The notes below the pieces were generated by a model, which was given only the letters and a program-made list of their open reading frames with translations, was not told the origin of the DNA and ran no database searches. DNA of 64,000 bases from NCBI GenBank assembly GCA_014763895.1, contig JACXUM010000003.1, positions 13,429-77,428 of the forward strand. The letters are read 5' to 3'. Source of the DNA: Campylobacterales bacterium. GTDB taxonomy: Bacteria; Campylobacterota; Campylobacteria; Campylobacterales; Sulfurovaceae. A program made the position numbers and the translations under genes. The number at the start of each line of letters is the position of its first letter. The stretch's first letter is position 1. Positions 1 to 10,433 of the stretch are shown here, in pieces.

Positions 1-63
1 AAATATTTACCAAATTTACTCTATGTAAACCCAAAACTCATTTGTTTAAGGAAATACTGCATT

Positions 64-2022
64 ATGTCTTGTCACAAAAATGTCTATATCACTACTCCTA
101 TTTATTATGTTAACGATATTGCCCATATCGGACATGCCTATACAACGATCATCGCGGATACGATTGCACGCTATTCACGTATGAGCGGTTTAGATACCTT
201 TTTTCTTACTGGGACTGATGAACACGGCCAAAAAATCGAAGAGTCTGCAAAAGCAAGAGGCAAAAGCTCACAAGCCTATGCAGATGAAATCTCTGCAACT
301 TTCAGAAACCTATGGGATGATTTTCATATCACTTATGACAAATTCATTCGAACGACAGACGAGGACCATAAAAAAGGGGTTCAAAAAGCTTTCAATACAA
401 TGTATGAAAACGGGGATATCTATAAAGATGTCTATAAAGGCCACTATTGCATCTCGTGCGAAACCTTTTTCCCAAAATCACAGCTGGTAGATGATGAATT
501 CTGTCCTGAATGCGGTAAAAGCACCGTGATTGTCGAAGAAGAGAGCTATTTCTTCAAACTCTCCAAATATCAGGATAAATTATTGGAATGGTATAACAAT
601 AATCCAGAATGCATCCTTCCCAAAAGCAAACGCAACGAAGTGATCCGTTTTGTTGAAGGAGGCCTTGAAGACCTTTCCATTACACGGACAAGTTTTGACT
701 GGGGTGTAAAACTTCCTGAAAACCTGAACGATCCGAAACATGTGATGTATGTATGGCTGGATGCATTGATGAATTACGTGACAGCATTGGGGTATGGTAC
801 CGACGAGAAAAATATGCATTACTGGCCGGCGAGGGTTCATCTCATAGGAAAAGATATTTTACGCTTTCATGCTATCTACTGGCCGGCATTTTTGATGAGC
901 CTTGGTCTTCCGTTGCCAAAACACATCGCAGCGCACGGATGGTGGACAAGAGATGGAGAAAAGATGAGTAAATCCAAAGGAAATGTTGTTAATCCAAGAG
1001 AAGTGGCAGATGCATACGGCTTGGATAACTTCAGATATTTCCTTCTTCGAGAAGTTCCATTCGGCGGCGACGGTGACTTTTCACAAAAAGCCCTTATTGA
1101 CCGTATCAACTCTGATCTTGGAAACGATCTTGGAAACCTGCTTAACCGTCTGATCGGTATGAGTGATAAATATTTTGAGGGCAAGATCGATTCAACCCAT
1201 GTTGCCAAATACTATCAAACCGAATTGAATGAAGTCGAATCATATCTTGACAGACTCGAACCCCTACTTTTTGAAATGCAGATCCACCGCTATCTCGAAG
1301 AGCTTTGGAGACCGCTTGCTGTTGCAAACAAGTCCATTGACAAATATCAGCCTTGGACTTTGATAAAGGAAGGCAAGGAAGAAGAGGTAATGGCACTTAA
1401 CGGATTGATCGCCGGTATACTTGCAAAAGTAGCGACCATGCTCTACCCTGTAATGCCTGAAATCTGTACAAAGATTGCTGAAGCCTTACATTTTGAGATC
1501 AATACAGAAAACTGGCAGAAACTCATTAAAGATAAAAAACTTCTTGAGACGTTTACCATCGAAAAGATCCCACCGCTTTTCCCACGCATCGAAGAGCTTC
1601 TTTTGGCACAACCGCAAACCGTAGTGCAAAAAACCGAAGAAAAACCGGTCAAAAAAGAAGAAAAGAAAAACGTCGAAAAGAAAGAAGAAGGCATCGCACT
1701 GATCGGTATCGATCAATTCTTCCAAACTTCATTGAAAGTAGGAACGGTCGTGGCAGCCGAAGAGGTTCCCAAAAGCGCCAAACTGTTATTGCTACAGGTC
1801 GATCTTGGAGAAGAGCACCCAAGACAGATCGTTGCCGGCATTAAAGAGTGGTATAGTGCCCAAGATATGCTTGGTACGCAAGTCTGCGTCGTTGCAAATC
1901 TCAAACCGGCTAAACTCATGGGATATACCAGTGAAGGAATGCTTCTTGCTGCAAAAGATGAGAATGGTCTATGTATGATACGCCCGGAGAAACCCAAAAA
2001 ATCCGGTACCTCTATAGGATAA
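64..2022 (+). CDS. metG: methionine--tRNA ligase
   Basis: 652-aa ORF; class-I HIGH (AHIGHAYT) and KMSKS (EKMSKSKGN) motifs, Cys knuckle CISCE/CPECG, C-terminal tRNA-binding (Trbp111/EMAP-like) domain. Confidence 0.97.
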   Translation: MSCHKNVYITTPIYYVNDIAHIGHAYTTIIADTIARYSRMSGLDTFFLTGTDEHGQKIEESAKARGKSSQAYADEISATFRNLWDDFHITYDKFIRTTDEDHKKGVQKAFNTMYENGDIYKDVYKGHYCISCETFFPKSQLVDDEFCPECGKSTVIVEEESYFFKLSKYQDKLLEWYNNNPECILPKSKRNEVIRFVEGGLEDLSITRTSFDWGVKLPENLNDPKHVMYVWLDALMNYVTALGYGTDEKNMHYWPARVHLIGKDILRFHAIYWPAFLMSLGLPLPKHIAAHGWWTRDGEKMSKSKGNVVNPREVADAYGLDNFRYFLLREVPFGGDGDFSQKALIDRINSDLGNDLGNLLNRLIGMSDKYFEGKIDSTHVAKYYQTELNEVESYLDRLEPLLFEMQIHRYLEELWRPLAVANKSIDKYQPWTLIKEGKEEEVMALNGLIAGILAKVATMLYPVMPEICTKIAEALHFEINTENWQKLIKDKKLLETFTIEKIPPLFPRIEELLLAQPQTVVQKTEEKPVKKEEKKNVEKKEEGIALIGIDQFFQTSLKVGTVVAAEEVPKSAKLLLLQVDLGEEHPRQIVAGIKEWYSAQDMLGTQVCVVANLKPAKLMGYTSEGMLLAAKDENGLCMIRPEKPKKSGTSIG

Positions 2023-2024
2023 AA

Positions 2025-3005
2025 ATGAAAATAGAAGACATCGTTAACCTCACAGAGGGAACCCTTACCAACAAACCTAAAGTTCAGGCCATTGAAGCAG
2101 CGACCGTATTTTACTCAAAAGTAGAGCATGGTGATCTTTTCTTTTCTTCAAATCAGGAAGAGATAGATACCGCCATCCAAAACGGTGCCTACGCGATCGT
2201 TTATGACAATGATGAGATCGTCAAACATGATGATGAAATTGCATGGATCAAAGTTAGCGATATAGAATTGGCAGCTTTCAAACTCATTCGGTACGTGATC
2301 ATCAAAAAAGAAGCAAAGTTCTTCCTGCTTTCTCCCCATGAAATGAGTTTTTTAAAGATGATACTATTGCAAAAGAGCAATATTTCGTTTATGGCAGATG
2401 ACTGGCGCAAGGCATTTGAACAGATTCTCAATTCAAATGATTCCTTGTTTGTGGGGACAAATAAAAAACTGATGGAACTCATCACACCTGACCTTCAAAA
2501 GCTCAAGACTGATGTAGATGGATATGCAATCTCAGACACTCTTTTTAGAACAACCTTCAAAGTAGGTGGATTTGCCTACCAGGAGAAGGAATTGACTCCG
2601 ATTCATCTAGATTATCTGCTTCGTGTCGTTGATTTTTGTGAGACTTTTTCTCTTCCTTATTCTATTGACCGTGTCAAGTACACAAAACATTTCATTCCTG
2701 TCTTTATCGATGGTGCATTGAAAAGTACCCAGCCAAGCAAAAGTGACAAAGTTGCTATTTTTACTGACAATCTCTCAGACATCATTAAGGCCAGAGAATA
2801 TATTAAATTTGGCAATACCTGGGTAAAAAGTATCGTGCTGACACCGCCAAAAGTGAAAGTAGAAGGTGTTGAAAGGCCACATTGGTTCGAAACTGAAGAA
2901 GATCTCAGACACATCCTCAAAACCACCCATTTCAACTATGCTTTTATCTATAATGCAGATAAAAGCATCCTCAATACTATCCAAGAAGAGTGCAGCCTTT
3001 TTTAA
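2025..3005 (+). CDS. hypothetical protein, Mur-ligase N-terminal-like
   Basis: ORF-track ORF 1971..3005 trimmed to ATG 2025, 2 nt after metG stop; N-terminal TEGTL...VEHGDLFFSS...NGAYAIVYD pattern resembles MurF N-domain; no GxxGK[ST] loop seen. Confidence 0.6.
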   Translation: MKIEDIVNLTEGTLTNKPKVQAIEAATVFYSKVEHGDLFFSSNQEEIDTAIQNGAYAIVYDNDEIVKHDDEIAWIKVSDIELAAFKLIRYVIIKKEAKFFLLSPHEMSFLKMILLQKSNISFMADDWRKAFEQILNSNDSLFVGTNKKLMELITPDLQKLKTDVDGYAISDTLFRTTFKVGGFAYQEKELTPIHLDYLLRVVDFCETFSLPYSIDRVKYTKHFIPVFIDGALKSTQPSKSDKVAIFTDNLSDIIKAREYIKFGNTWVKSIVLTPPKVKVEGVERPHWFETEEDLRHILKTTHFNYAFIYNADKSILNTIQEECSLF

Positions 3006-3246
3006 GGCCTGCCTCTTTAACGATACATAGCGTAGGCTAATACACTCTTATCTTTTTTGATTCTTTTACCTCTAATCTTTTTTATATTTTAAATATAAAA
3101 ATATGAACAATATTATATTAAATGAATATATTTATAATTAAATTTAATGTATAAAATTTTATTTATATTAGACATTTTAAATAAATTTGCTTATAATGTC
3201 GGTAATAAAATAGTTATCTATTTTAGATTTGTTATAAGGGAGCACT

Positions 3247-3858
3247 ATGAGTTTTTTAAAAAATTTACTCGCAATCATTGGAGCTATTGTTGTTGCAGCA
3301 GTACTCTTTGCATTTGTGAAATTTGATCTTGGAACGAGAATCAGCCAAGTTTCACAGCTGGATCCAAAAGCAATGGGTCTTTATCTTGACATGTTTGACA
3401 AAATATTGGTCACCGGTGATCCGGCAAAAGGTATGGTCATCAAGAAAAAAATGAACATCCCTGAAGGTATGTCAAAAAAAGAAGCAATTGAAAACGCTAT
3501 TGAGATCATGGACCAGATCGGTGAAGAACACGGTTTGACATTGGTAGATACAAAGTTGATGTCCAGAGGTGAAACAGATGAAAATGGAGAATACCAACCC
3601 TATGTCCGAATCCGTTCATACTGTTCACAAACTATTGCCAAAGTTTTCTTGAAACATTCTAAAGAATTTATCGGATTCATGCCTTGTCGAATCGGTATCG
3701 TAGAAGATGAAAATGGCGATGTTTGGATATTAACGATGTCTATGGACCTTCCGATCAACGGCGGTCATCCATTAGAGCCAAAACTGCTTGATCTGGCTAC
3801 CGAAGTTAGAGCCGGTATGTATGGTATGCTAGAAGGCGCTGCTAAAAACGAGGACTAA
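3247..3858 (+). CDS. membrane-anchored DUF302-like protein
   Basis: AAGGGAG SD upstream; N-terminal TM helix; C-terminal FMPCRIGIVEDENGDVWIL resembles DUF302 core motif (recalled). Confidence 0.55.
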   Translation: MSFLKNLLAIIGAIVVAAVLFAFVKFDLGTRISQVSQLDPKAMGLYLDMFDKILVTGDPAKGMVIKKKMNIPEGMSKKEAIENAIEIMDQIGEEHGLTLVDTKLMSRGETDENGEYQPYVRIRSYCSQTIAKVFLKHSKEFIGFMPCRIGIVEDENGDVWILTMSMDLPINGGHPLEPKLLDLATEVRAGMYGMLEGAAKNED

Positions 3859-3870
3859 CTTATCTTTCTT

Positions 3871-3899
3871 GATTCTGCCTTTAGACAAAAGGTGGAATC
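3871..3899 (+). terminator. hairpin downstream of 3247..3858 gene
   Basis: GATTCTGCCTTT-agaca-AAAGGTGGAATC stem (two G-U wobbles) 13 nt after the stop, T-rich tract follows a few nt later. Confidence 0.45.
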
Positions 3900-4212
3900 A
3901 AATCAACTTTTTATCTTTTTTCTCATACCCATATTCGTCTTCCCATCCATATACTCACTAATGATCGGATCAGGAGACTCTGCCACATGGAGGTGCGAGG
4001 GTCATAATACCTAGCCCCATGCCATAAAAAAGAACATGCTGAAATTTAGCGATTTGATGGTTTATTTTAACAGAGGATGGCTTGTGATTGGTTATTTATC
4101 TGTCGGTGGGCTTTATATTTTCTGTTGTTTAAGTCCAGCCTGCATGCCCATGTTCAATATGGGCATGAGGAAGTTTGATAACCTGCTTCTGAAATATTAG
4201 AAATCAACAATA

Positions 4213-4500
4213 TTAAGCGCCACCGCCAGTATCGGATGCCAGTTCGTCATGAGCATGGTATCCCGTATCTCTCTCTTCAAACACTTTTTTTGCTTCATGT
4301 AAAGCAGAAATAAGCTCATCAATTTTATTAATAGGAATATGGACTTTCCATTCAGGTTCTTTGTCACTTAGTGAAACTCCGATGCTCGTTACCGTTGAAC
4401 TCAATTCTCCATAAGGTTCATTGATATTAACCACAGTAATTGTGCCCCCACTCTTATGAGGAAGCGTTATTGTTTTAATAAGGGTTGTATTTTTACTCAT
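4213..4500 (-). CDS. hypothetical small protein
   Basis: ORF 4213..4530 trimmed to MSKNTT start preceded by GAAAGGATGGAG SD; no recognisable family. Confidence 0.5.
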   Translation of the reverse strand: MSKNTTLIKTITLPHKSGGTITVVNINEPYGELSSTVTSIGVSLSDKEPEWKVHIPINKIDELISALHEAKKVFEERDTGYHAHDELASDTGGGA

Positions 4501-4540
4501 TTGTATCTCCATCCTTTCAAATCCATTCATGAATAGTTAT

Positions 4541-4590
4541 TGCTTCTGAATTGAAGCATAGTATTGATTCTACATCAAAACTTTGTAGAA
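4541..4590. promoter_or_regulatory. two inverted repeats in divergent promoter region
   Basis: TGCTTC-N6-GAAGCA (4541..4558) and TTCTACA-N9-TGTAGAA (4568..4590), 11-60 nt upstream of the minus-strand gene. Confidence 0.3.
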
Positions 4591-4780
4591 GTCAAATATC
4601 CATAAGGATTATCTTTTATGTGCCAGCCTCTTTATCATAGCAATTTCATAGGGTTTATGATATTTTTTCACTTGGACCTCTGGCACTTTCATTTTCATCC
4701 TTTTGAAACGATTGATATGTTACTATTTGGTCGATTAAATCTTAAATGCTTTTAATGCATCAATCAGGATAACAAGTAAA

Positions 4781-5878
4781 ATGGATAGACGAGATTTCAT
4801 AAAAAGTAGTGCTATAGGTGCCGGTGCCCTGGCATTAAGTGGATGCCACAGAGAAGAACAAACTGAACAAAAGGGAACTGCCAATATCATTAAAGCCAAA
4901 AAGGTTACTTTGAAACTTGCAACCTCATGGCCTGCCCATTTTCCTATCATGGGAACCAGAGTCGACACCTTTGCCAAACGCTGCAGCGAACTCAGCGGCG
5001 GTACACTTGAGATCAAAGTCTATCCAAACAATATTCTTGTTCCTGCCCTGGAAGTTTTTGATGCTACCTCTGCGGCCCAGATCGACGCTTTTCATTCCGG
5101 GGTTTACTACTGGAAAGGTAAAAATCCTGCTTTTTCAATCTTTGGTGGTATGCCCCTGGGGTTTACCAGTGAGGAGATGATTACCTGGTTTAAGTTCGGC
5201 GGTGGATACGAACTGTGGAGAGAACTCTACGGAAAGTTCAATCTTTATCCACTGATTGGAGGCACCACAGGCCCTCAGATGGGCGGATGGTTTAAAAAAG
5301 AGATCAATAGCCTCTCAGATCTGCAGGGGCTAAAGATGCGTATCCCGGGACTGGGAGGTGAGGTAATGCAGCGTTTGGGAGTCAACCCTGTCCTTTTACC
5401 TTCAGGAGAGATCTATACTGCACTAGAGCGGGGTACGATCGATGCAAGCGAATGGGTAGGACCTGCACTGGATAGTTTGATGGGGTTTGCCAAAGTTGCG
5501 CCGTATTATTATACTGGATGGCATGAACCTGGTTCCATACTTGAACTGACATTCAACAAAACAAGATGGGAAAAACTAAGTCCCCAACATCAGGCGATCA
5601 TCACGGCAGCCAGCGAAGAGATGACTTCCAATATGCTTCAGGAATTCCGTTATGAAAATGCCAAAGCATTCCAACAGCTTCCTGATACCCTACAGATCAA
5701 AACATTCCCGAAAGAAGTCATAGATGCAGCTAAAAAAGCATTGAATCAAGTGCTTTTAGAAGAGAGCCAAAAAAGTGAAGATTTTAAACGGGTTCTGGAG
5801 AGCTACACTGCTTTTGAAAAACTGAACAAGCCATGGGACGATATCAGTACAAAAAACTTCCTTGAAATACGGGGATAA
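4781..5878 (+). CDS. TRAP transporter substrate-binding protein (DctP-type), Tat signal plus lipobox
   Basis: 365 aa; MDRRDFIK twin-arginine motif, LALSGC lipobox; body matches TRAP DctP-family SBP pattern (KLATSWP..., GGWF, EWVGP). Confidence 0.8.
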   Translation: MDRRDFIKSSAIGAGALALSGCHREEQTEQKGTANIIKAKKVTLKLATSWPAHFPIMGTRVDTFAKRCSELSGGTLEIKVYPNNILVPALEVFDATSAAQIDAFHSGVYYWKGKNPAFSIFGGMPLGFTSEEMITWFKFGGGYELWRELYGKFNLYPLIGGTTGPQMGGWFKKEINSLSDLQGLKMRIPGLGGEVMQRLGVNPVLLPSGEIYTALERGTIDASEWVGPALDSLMGFAKVAPYYYTGWHEPGSILELTFNKTRWEKLSPQHQAIITAASEEMTSNMLQEFRYENAKAFQQLPDTLQIKTFPKEVIDAAKKALNQVLLEESQKSEDFKRVLESYTAFEKLNKPWDDISTKNFLEIRG

Positions 5879-5893
5879 TATCTAAAAATCGGA

Positions 5894-6205
5894 TCATTTC
5901 CGATCCAGTTTCTCTACGGCCTGATCGATCTCTCCTAAAAACTTTTCGATTTTTTTGCCTAATTCTTCAATGAAATGCTGTGCTTTATGCAGATCGATGT
6001 GTAACTGTTCATCATCGACTTTGACACCTACCGTTTCAGGCATATCTATTTTGCCTTCACTCATGACCTGTGCAGTCTGGGTAAACTGTTTTTGAATATC
6101 GGTAAAAAACTCTTTTGTCTTTCCTATATCGATATTGATCTTTTCTTCGCCGATCTCAACACCGACTTTTGAAAGTATCTGATCTTTTTTTTCTTCCATC
6201 AGCAC
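5894..6205 (-). CDS. hypothetical acidic protein with internal duplication
   Basis: 103 aa; VGVEIGEEKINIDIGKTKEFF and VGVKVDDEQLHIDLHKAQHFI are tandem related segments; contains intact A8 run (6185..6192). Confidence 0.5.
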   Translation of the reverse strand: MLMEEKKDQILSKVGVEIGEEKINIDIGKTKEFFTDIQKQFTQTAQVMSEGKIDMPETVGVKVDDEQLHIDLHKAQHFIEELGKKIEKFLGEIDQAVEKLDRK

Positions 6206-6233
6206 TCCTAGTATTGAGTATTTGGAAAGTATA

Positions 6234-6989
6234 TCACAGAAATGCCAGAAGAGAAGCTGTCACCGCGACGTTGAGTGATTCTACATCTCTATTCATTGGA
6301 ATCAAGATACTCTTATCGCTAAGCGTTTCTATCTCCTTGGATACTCCCTCGCTTTCATTACCAAGAACAAATATCGTTTTGTTTGTATAATGCATATCTT
6401 TGTAACTCTCTTTGGCATATGAACTCAATGTATACAATTTTGCACCTTTTGTCCGTAAATGTTCGAGTGTTTTTTTGAGATTGCTTGTCTTAATGATTGG
6501 CATCTTAAAAAGTGTACCGGCACTTGCTTTGATAACAAGCGGTGAGATCTGTGCAGCACCTTTTGTCGGAAGCAAGATAGCATCGATATTGCCTGCTGCA
6601 GCCGATCGGATGATCATACCCAGATTTTGAGGATTGGTCACACCATCAAGCGCAATGATACGATAGCTATCATGTGTCTGGATAAACTCTTCTTCATCAC
6701 CAAAATGTTCAAACACGATATCCAGAGCTACTCCTTGATCCTGTTTGGCATTCTTTGAAATACGTGAGAGGGAGGCTTTATCGTGATAGCGTATCTCAAT
6801 GCCTCTTTGGCTTGCCAGTTGCTCCATTTTACGAAGCTGATCTGACTCTTTGTTGGATTTTGAGAGATGAAGTTTATGTATAGTGACAGCATGATCCTCC
6901 AATGCCTCCATGACAGCATTGCGTCCGTAAATAGTCAATACTTTATCAAAAAAAGCTTTTTTAGCAAGATAATCTGGAGAATCATTCAT
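6234..6989 (-). CDS. rlmB: SpoU/TrmH-family RNA 2'-O-methyltransferase (RlmB-like)
   Basis: 251 aa; N-terminal substrate-binding domain, NPQNLG, LGNESEG and IPM...ESLNVAV SPOUT motifs. Confidence 0.85.
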   Translation of the reverse strand: MNDSPDYLAKKAFFDKVLTIYGRNAVMEALEDHAVTIHKLHLSKSNKESDQLRKMEQLASQRGIEIRYHDKASLSRISKNAKQDQGVALDIVFEHFGDEEEFIQTHDSYRIIALDGVTNPQNLGMIIRSAAAGNIDAILLPTKGAAQISPLVIKASAGTLFKMPIIKTSNLKKTLEHLRTKGAKLYTLSSYAKESYKDMHYTNKTIFVLGNESEGVSKEIETLSDKSILIPMNRDVESLNVAVTASLLAFL

Positions 6990-7061
6990 TGTTTTATATC
7001 TTTCAAATTTAAGAATCTGGCATAAACCATTTTCCTAAAAAATATTTAAATTATTTAAGGA

Positions 7062-7904
<843 letters not shown>

Positions 7905-7972
7905 TTAGTGGCATTATTTTACCATGAATGCGATAGAATGTAAAACCATAAAACCATTTAATTAAGGCTTTC

Positions 7973-8470
7973 ATGAAGAAAAACATACTTCTCATCAGTA
8001 CCGGTGGTACGTTTAACAAATATTATAATCCACTCAATGGCGAATTGGAAGTCGATGAGACATCGAAGGCTGTAGAAAAGATCTTTGAGCAATGGCGTTG
8101 CCGGTTTGAAACGGTCAATATCATTGCCAAAGACAGCCTTGATATGAACAGTGAAGACAGACTTTTGCTGCTTGCTACGATTAATCTTGCAAAAGAAGAG
8201 GATATCCTTATCATTCACGGTACCGATACGCTGGATGTCACTGCAGAATATCTTGCCGATGCTGATCTGGATAAGAGAATCGTTCTTACCGGTGCGATGG
8301 TCCCGTTCTCCATAGACCCTATCGAAGCAACGGCCAATCTTGCTTCAGCGATCGGATATTTGCAGCTGCAAAATGAAAATGGTGTTTATATCGCGATGAA
8401 CGGAGTTTTTGGAACCTATGATAAGATCAAAAAAGATAGAACAAAGGGGAGATTTGCAGAACGTTCATAA
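7973..8470 (+). CDS. asparaginase N-terminal-domain protein (single domain, 165 aa)
   Basis: LLISTGGTF (catalytic Thr motif) and IIHGTDTL motifs of the asparaginase/glutaminase family; ends at a terminator, no C-terminal domain. Confidence 0.7.
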   Translation: MKKNILLISTGGTFNKYYNPLNGELEVDETSKAVEKIFEQWRCRFETVNIIAKDSLDMNSEDRLLLLATINLAKEEDILIIHGTDTLDVTAEYLADADLDKRIVLTGAMVPFSIDPIEATANLASAIGYLQLQNENGVYIAMNGVFGTYDKIKKDRTKGRFAERS

Positions 8471-8486
8471 AGGGAAAATTCCCTTT
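8469..8486. terminator. bidirectional hairpin between convergent genes
   Basis: AAAGGGA-aaat-TCCCTTT, flanked by A/T on both sides. Confidence 0.55.
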
Positions 8487-8491
8487 ATGAT

Positions 8492-9220
8492 CTAGTTGCC
8501 AAAATGGTAGGTAACACCTACCATCAAATGGATTGCCGTATTTGGCAGATCGAAACTCCCCATTTTAACATCCGTATCAGGATCCTCGATATCGATATCT
8601 GCTGACGAGTGAGTCAGTTTTCCTTCCAGTGACAAATACCAGTTATCATAGATCTGGAACTCTTTTTCCACTGCTACCTGTGCAGAATATCCTGCCCATT
8701 GATAACCGCTGTCTGTTTGCCAGATCAAAGGAACTGCACCGCCGCCCTCTTTATGATAACGGATACCATCTATTGTAATATCCGGATGCACCACTACAAA
8801 ACCTAAACCAACTCTGGTAATGATTCCGTACTCTTCAAGATTCCATGCACGGTTGAAGTAAAAAAGGTTGTAACCGTCAGTGATCTCAAAATTATCCAAT
8901 GTAGGATAAAGGTCTTCCGTAGCTTCTTTAAGATAGATTTTTTGATGAATATGTTCAAATTCCCATGCCGTATTATCAGTCCATTTGCCTACACGCAGTC
9001 CATAAAAAAATGGTGTCGTAAAAGGCCTTGTTTCAAGATCTGCATCAGGGATGTAAATATCCCCGCCAGTACCGTTATAATGGATATTCAGTGTTTCATT
9101 TTTACTAAAAGAAGTACCTGTATGCAGTGAAACCTCCCAACCATCTTTGGCCACTGCATATTGTGACGCCACCAAACCGATCAACCCTGCACCAAGCAAT
9201 TTTTTCCATGTCAATGCCAT
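8492..9220 (-). CDS. outer-membrane beta-barrel protein
   Basis: Signal peptide MALTWKKLLGAGLIGLVASQYAVA; alternating aromatic beta-strand pattern; C-terminal VGVTYHF. Confidence 0.6.
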   Translation of the reverse strand: MALTWKKLLGAGLIGLVASQYAVAKDGWEVSLHTGTSFSKNETLNIHYNGTGGDIYIPDADLETRPFTTPFFYGLRVGKWTDNTAWEFEHIHQKIYLKEATEDLYPTLDNFEITDGYNLFYFNRAWNLEEYGIITRVGLGFVVVHPDITIDGIRYHKEGGGAVPLIWQTDSGYQWAGYSAQVAVEKEFQIYDNWYLSLEGKLTHSSADIDIEDPDTDVKMGSFDLPNTAIHLMVGVTYHFGN

Positions 9221-9290
9221 AGATTCTTCTCCTTAATTTTAAATACATAAATTATACTTAACTATACTTAATCAAAACCATCATATTTAA

Positions 9291-10328
9291 TTATCGATGA
9301 TTGGCCACGGTAGGTGGGATGATCTCTCCACCGGCCTGCATCCCGATAGCTTCCGGATGTTTTCTATAATGTTCTCTCACGCATGCTGCTAATCCTTTTT
9401 TTTCACTTTCTCCGATTGGAGACGGATACTGATCGGATAAAACTTCTATCAATGAATCAAGCAATTGATCCTGAGGCTTTGGCATCTTTTCAATCCAAGA
9501 GCTCAGTAAATCCCTATCAACATGGGACGGGATAGACCCCATAATTCCTACATCATTTTGATCATGAACCAAAAGCCCCGAAGTCGTTCCTCTATCCAAC
9601 GTCAGAACTTGGAAAAAATAAAGCGTATGATATGCCAACTGCTTTGCTTTTTCTTCATCTGTATAAGCAGGATTCTGTCTCAAATCTTCCGTTATGATCT
9701 TGGTATAGGTGTCAATCACTGCCTCTCCAATCGACCTGGCATAGGCTATATCTTCTTTAAAATATTCGCTGCTATAGCCTTCCAGATAAAAGTGTCCCAC
9801 CCCTCTATACCTGCCAAGTACCGGGATATAAAAGTATCGCTCCCCCTGAAGCATTCCTTTTTCATACTGTTCTTTTGAAACCTCTTTTAACATGGCATCA
9901 AACATCTTTGTGTCTCTGTCATTGGGAATAGAAGGATTAAGATCAGCCATAATGCGCCAATATCCATCTCCATCTTTCATCTGTGTCCAAGAGATATGCA
10001 TATGCATCGAAGGAACATTGGGATTGGATGGATGGATGATCGTTGAGATAGCCGTTGCCGATCCCAGCTTTCTATGTGGCTCATTATCGTAATGGACTTG
10101 GGAAATATTGACTGACCCTCTATCAAAAATAGACTCGTCCCGTGTTTCATATCGTATACCACCCCCATGTATGCCACCGTCACGCAGCCATTCAACAGAC
10201 TCACAAGGGCTATTTTGACCCGTACTTAAAGAAACTGCATCTAATTGGGCTACAAAATGTTTTTGTAAATTCTGAACCAGATCCCATGCTTTTTTTGCTT
10301 TCATAGAACTTGCCATTTGTCTCATCAT
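9291..10328 (-). CDS. hemF: coproporphyrinogen III oxidase-like (oxygen-dependent HemF family)
   Basis: 345 aa; GGGIRYE, VNISQVHY, HPSNPNVPSMHMH, YFYIPVLGRYRG resemble HemF conserved blocks (recalled). Confidence 0.7.
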   Translation of the reverse strand: MMRQMASSMKAKKAWDLVQNLQKHFVAQLDAVSLSTGQNSPCESVEWLRDGGIHGGGIRYETRDESIFDRGSVNISQVHYDNEPHRKLGSATAISTIIHPSNPNVPSMHMHISWTQMKDGDGYWRIMADLNPSIPNDRDTKMFDAMLKEVSKEQYEKGMLQGERYFYIPVLGRYRGVGHFYLEGYSSEYFKEDIAYARSIGEAVIDTYTKIITEDLRQNPAYTDEEKAKQLAYHTLYFFQVLTLDRGTTSGLLVHDQNDVGIMGSIPSHVDRDLLSSWIEKMPKPQDQLLDSLIEVLSDQYPSPIGESEKKGLAACVREHYRKHPEAIGMQAGGEIIPPTVANHR

Positions 10329-10433
10329 TAACCCTTTTATAAAATGAAAAAAAGTATAACATATCTGTTTCCGCTATTCTTAAAATTCTTTTTTTCTGCT
10401 AGAATTTCATCTAATAAAACTTTAAAAGGAGAT

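Noticed and set aside
3050-3240. Extremely AT-rich 190-bp tract with short palindromes upstream of the DUF302-like gene.
   Set aside because: It looks like an ordinary AT-rich promoter/UP-element region, with a TATAAT-like box (GCTTATAAT) near 3190. It has no repeats or structure beyond what its composition predicts.
4057-4200. 47-aa hydrophobic ORF in the 3859..4212 gap as a real gene.
   Set aside because: There is no SD, no recognisable family, and it is convergent and abuts the next gene. It is left as a note inside the gap finding.
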